A DNA stretch of 56,957 bases, counting the filler, from Bipalium vagum (lineage: Eukaryota), in assembly GCA_037834085.1 (NCBI GenBank). It is 3 parts of 3 records of this genome, joined end to end, with 100 filler letters (N's around TTAATTAATTAA, not from the genome) between each part and the next. Parts side by side here need not be neighbours in the genome. Positions count along the whole stretch, not along the records: positions 37,506 to 56,957 come from JBBMKC010003010.1; 2 more parts are not named here. One strand, written 5' to 3'. The position numbers and the translations under genes were made by a program. Shown here piece after piece: positions 51,760 to 56,957 of the stretch (positions are counted from its first letter, which is position 1; every line of letters begins with the position of its first letter). The notes under the pieces are model-generated. The model saw only the letters and a list, made by a program, of their open reading frames with translations. It did no database searches and was not told the origin of the DNA.

Positions 51760-52560
51760 GTGAAGCTACTTAGTAAAACTTCATTAACTTAATATATCCA
51801 AAATACATCATTTATTCACTAAATATATGGGATAATAAAATGACTCAAAATATTCATTATCTCTTGATATTTATCCTAGTCAAGTATGAGCTTAGAAGGA
51901 TATAATATTGTAATTATTCCATACCATAACTGAAACACAGACATCATCTGTTCAGCGGTAATACATAAGAAATTATCCTTTTTTCGAAAGTTTTTACAAT
52001 TAAAATAACGAAATATTATTTTGTAATTCATTTTCAACAAAAAAAGTTTTATTCTTCAATGCTTACCTTCTATAATGTTTTGTAACAGTTGCTTTATTGG
52101 ATATTACATCAGATTAAGGTATTTGTTTCTTTAACCCTGAATGATTTAATTTTCTAGTCACTCAGACCATTTATTCAATTGCTTGTAACACTTTATCTTG
52201 TATTTTCCATTAAATTATATTTTTAAAAATTTTATTTTTAATGTTAATAATAATTGCTTTTATCATATGAGACTATAAATAATTAAAAGTATTCTCCCTG
52301 AATAAGGAGTAATTTAACGGCTTTTTAAAAATGTTTAGCAGTATTGTAGTTTATTAAAAACAGGCAAAGACACTTTCACAGATATAAAAAGAAAATAAAT
52401 AAATGCCTTAATGCTCAAACATACCGTTGAATGGGCCTATCTTATCCAAATTAACTATCTAAGTATGGCCTCACAGAAATAGTTTGATATGTTAGATATT
52501 CATCTAACATATCAAAATAGTCTTGTTATATTTTCTGGAAAAACTGTCTTGAATGTTAAA
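51760..52560 (-). mobile_element. Decayed Gypsy-like RT/RNase H relic
   Basis: Broken frames resemble the L.+N.FR..IPNL, TD.S.YG.G and HI....N...DILS motifs. Confidence 0.35.
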
Positions 52561-54001
52561 TTCAAAATAGTGCCCTTTTTTACAATTCTTGTATTGATGA
52601 ATCATTTAGTTGATTGAAAATTTAAAACTACATTTCAATTTATATCATTTGTGGAATAGTCCAAGATGAGATAAATCTATATTTAAATTTCAGAATTTTA
52701 ACTTATTCTTCGAATAATAAACCTTCTTAATTTTCAGACAAAGTTAAAGATAATAAGTGAATCAATAAGAATTAATCGATTCAAATAATAAATATTTTTT
52801 TAATTGTCTCTGTTTTGTTTTTTTCATGTCCATCGAATTAGTTGACTGAAACGTAGCTCTTATCAGAATGACTCTTCAAATACTTGGAGATGATAGATTT
52901 ATTCTTGGCTTAAAATTTAATTTAATAAATTTTTAATTTTCATATCAGAAATATATTTTCATTAAGTTCATTTTTATTTGCGTAAGCTGTATTGATTTAA
53001 GCATCTAAATATTTTTGAGTCAGATGTAGCTTTTCAGAGTCGATAAGGAAGATTAATTCACAATCGGCATGTTGGTTTTCTTTTTTGACACAAAACGTGG
53101 TTTACAAACAAATGGTTGAACAACGCATTTATTTTGACAATTAAGTTGGTTTTAAGATTTTATGTAGAATACTTTTACGATTTCATTTCAATATTGTTTC
53201 TTAACATTGATAGTAGACATAATTATTGGTGCAATTTTTGTTCTTTATTACAAACGATGAATTTCGATGAAAAAATGAAACTAATAAATATTAAATTTTA
53301 TCAAACTGAATAAATCATTTAGAAATGACAAGTTCTGCAAACCAAGTTCGAAATGAGGTCCTGCAACGACTGAAAAGTAAAAGTACAATCATATTTAAAC
53401 AAATTAAATCAGTTATCAATTACAATTATACTGATCACTTATAAGCCTTGTTATAAATGATAAATAGATCACCTGAAATGAGAATATTACAAATCATAGA
53501 CAAATATTTATAAAAAAAAACATTACAGTAAAATGTGAACCTAAATGCACCTTTGACTAGGAATTAGTTTAAATAAATTGATATAATATTGCTTTTTAGA
53601 ATGACTTTTTATTAAATTTCTGATGTGCATAATGATGAATTTTAGAAATAAGAAATTTATGGGTCTTCATAAATCTTAGAAATGTATTAAATTATCAAAA
53701 ATTGTTTATTTAACAAATATAATTGATACATTGTGCTTTTATATTATACTGCACCAGTTTCTGTTTATTTATTTCACTAAATATAGGCTGTAATAGTATA
53801 AGGAATTATAACAGTAGCAGCTAAAAGTAATTAACCTTCGAGGTTCAAAAAATTTCTATTGAAGTTTCTAGTCCACTGTAAGGATTTTATTAAAATAAAT
53901 TACCATTTAAAATTAAATCTAAACAAGTTTCACTTAAAATTTTTAAATTCAAGGATAAATCAAATTTGAACAGTTTTACGTAACAAATTATTAACTCTAT
54001 A

Positions 54002-54085
54002 CAGTCAAACACACCAAACACGAAACTCAAGTGACTGTCAGTTTTCTTTTGTGTTATCCGTTTTCATATTTTAGAAAGAGTTATT
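54002..54085 (+). mobile_element. pogo/Tigger-type terminus
   Basis: ta|cagtcaaacac...acacgaaactc...tttgtgttatccg; a CAGTC terminus with subterminal inverted motifs. Confidence 0.45.
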
Positions 54086-56887
54086 GACTAATTTGTATTT
54101 TTGTTTAAAATAATATCATTTTGAATTGACCAATAAACCTTGCTCAAGATTAAAAATCTAAAACTCAGTAATTATTATTACAACCTTTACAAAATAAGGT
54201 TTTTATTTTTTTGGAAATAGTCCTATATCTTTGTTTCGTGTTGCTTGGACGTTGATTCAACTGCTAAACCTAATAACTGAATTGTATCAAGTTTGGTTTC
54301 ACTACTGAACTGAATGGTAAAGTATTTTAAGCAGTATCATTTAAATATCCAAAATAGTTAAAATGAAAAAGAATTAATCTTCCACAACTTTTTCAACAAA
54401 TTCTATCTTCATTTGGAAATGCTTCAATAACCAAATTATTTCTAATGGCTGTCACCAACATCATGAAATTTTCTGTTTAGATGTCATCACTCATAATTTT
54501 CATATTTCAGATATGATTAAAAATATTTCTGAAGTTAACATTTCGAATAGTTCAACATAATTCAATAAAAATGGGTATTAGATTTATTACATGAATTTTG
54601 GATGATACCTTTAGTTCTAATTCAAGTATATTTCCTCTGTGACAATGTAGGACAGAGAAGCACCATGATGCCATGTCAAATCTTTTCCATCATTATCTCA
54701 CTGATGTGTTTAAAAATGTTTAGCATATTACTCCATTGTGTATATACTTTTTTTACTGAAGTCGACATTTTGTTCACCAGTATATTCATCATATAGTAAA
54801 TCTCTTTCTTATCATGCTATAATATTGAAGTATAACACATGATTGAAAGTTCCTGTCTGGAAGCATAATCAATTTGCAATCTAATACTAAATCCGTCTTT
54901 TCACATCTTAATACCTATTGATTCTTTTGAAAACCTGTACACAACCATAAACTTATTGTGTGTTATTGCATTTAAGGAATCTGGTAAAATTTCATTGCAT
55001 TTATCTAGTCTCTTTGCAGAAGTCTCACAATAATAATTTCACTTTGGGCATTTGTAAGCTACATCGCTGAATAATAATTAAAAATTTTAATGAAGGCTTT
55101 AAAGTCAGTTCTTATTTTCAGATTTGATGATTTTTGTGAAGCACAACATATAAGTAATATTTTATACTAACGTGAAGATCGTTCCAAGATGTCACTCGAA
55201 GAAGAGTTGAGTTTATTAGGTGTTGAGGAATGAGTTAAAGTAATAATAGCTTAAATAATGGTTTTGAGGAGTCAAAATAATAATATATAAATTAATTGAA
55301 TTTTGATTAATAATCAAATTAATTAAGCTTTGGTATGATGGAATTAGGTTTAGCCCAGTGAATCTTGGAGTGATGAGTGTTGCCTGATGTCATATATGGA
55401 TTTTGACGTAATAGTATGAGCATCAGGTCATTCAGGTACGTTATATAGTAGGTATGACGTTATTCTGAAAATCATAAGTTAGCCTATTGGCGAAGAAATA
55501 GTATAAATATAGAACCTAAATCAGTTGAATTACAGAAATAATGTGACAGCGATTTCTCGATGATTTTACGGTAAGCCCTCTTGTGAGAATTGTGCTAAGA
55601 ATAAATGTTGAAATCGGTAAACTCTAATTGATTCAAGTAATTAATATTTTTTACTTTTTGAGTTTTATATTTTTTTACAATTCCACTAAACTAGAGTTTG
55701 GAAAGTAGTTCTTATATGAAAGACTCTTTTCTTACCTTCAAATTGAAATATTATTCGTGAATTTAATTAATTGTTTGTAATTTCTTATATTACAAATATA
55801 TCTTAATCGCGATAAAACGTATTTCTTTATTGTGTTGATTTTTATTTGTTAGTCGTATATGAATGTATGATTTACGATCAATTATGAAGCTCAACTCTTA
55901 ATGGATTAATGTTTATAAAATTAAGTAAATCAAGAGTTAGTTGAGGGTTTGGTAGGCCAAGTGTTGAAAGTAAAATATGAAGGTAAAATATTAAGGAAGT
56001 CTCAACAATAAATAAAAGAATAAAAATTATACTTTAGAGCATTTTAATATCGCTTAAGTGAAAAAAAAATCGCAGTAAGTATTTTTCTTAAAAATCCACC
56101 ACCTGACCAATTATTTTAATATTAACAATAAAAATTTAAAATAATTCAAAATTTATCAAATATACTTCAAGGAGGAAACACATGTTCCTTTTTAATTTTA
56201 AAATGAAAAATGTTACTTTTATAATTATTATTATTTTATAGTTTTTATTATTTTTATAATATTAAGTAATCCGTTTCAATAATAATAATAAATTATTTAT
56301 ATTTTTCAGAATTCTAAAAATAGTTTAATAATGTTATTTGATAGACACCCATGGCATCAGGATGATTCATTTATGGATTTAATTAAAAACTATTATTAAC
56401 GAGTTTAATAAAAAATATCTAATGGACACTGACATTATTAGTACAAGTAGATCAGAACGCTTTTGATCTGAGTATAAATAAACAGATATTAATGCAATTG
56501 TTATACATGTTAATCACAAAGAGAGATAATTAATTCCATCCAAGTATGGAATGTTATTGTAACAGATTTAGATCTCTAAAATAAAAAAGTAAAGGTATTT
56601 GATGAGAATAATTTTCATTTGAAAATGAGATTCAGTAAATGAAATATCTAAAAATAATGAAAGTAAATCAATTTCAGGCAAAATGTTTATGTCAATTATC
56701 AGTTTGCGACATATCCAAAATATTTTTGACGACATCTGATTTTATTATGTTTGCTTCATATGTGAATCTCCTAAGAAAAAATACTATTAATACTTAATAA
56801 AAAATATGTATTGGAATATGACATTATTAATACAAGTAGATAAGAAATGGTTAATACGAAATGATGATTTAAAAATAGTCACATAAA

Positions 56888-56957
<70 letters not shown>
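56888..56957. repeat. (ATT)n microsatellite
   Basis: A perfect ATT run to the window end. Confidence 0.95.

Overview
AT-rich animal genomic DNA. Short 42-60 nt introns, (AAT)n microsatellites and many Tc1/mariner relics suggest a triclad flatworm (inference). The window appears to be three contigs joined by artificial 100-bp spacers (N44-TTAATTAATTAA-N44 at 20492-20591 and 37406-37505), so gene order across those joins should not be trusted. Contig 1 carries a complete 16-exon Na+/K+-ATPase alpha-subunit gene on the minus strand (1022 aa by my exon assembly, Leu at ouabain site 111), plus a decayed AT-rich ORF upstream. Contig 2 carries four internal exons of CAPS/UNC-31 (minus strand) with transposon-filled introns. 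Interleaved with them on the plus strand is a chain of six phase-compatible small exons encoding a prohormone-like peptide rich in paired basic residues; this candidate nested gene is the most interesting signal. Contig 3 carries a decayed 28S rRNA fragment, the first three coding exons of a probable nuclear protein (possibly KANSL3-like), and LTR and DNA-transposon relics. All protein comparisons were made from memory, without database searches.
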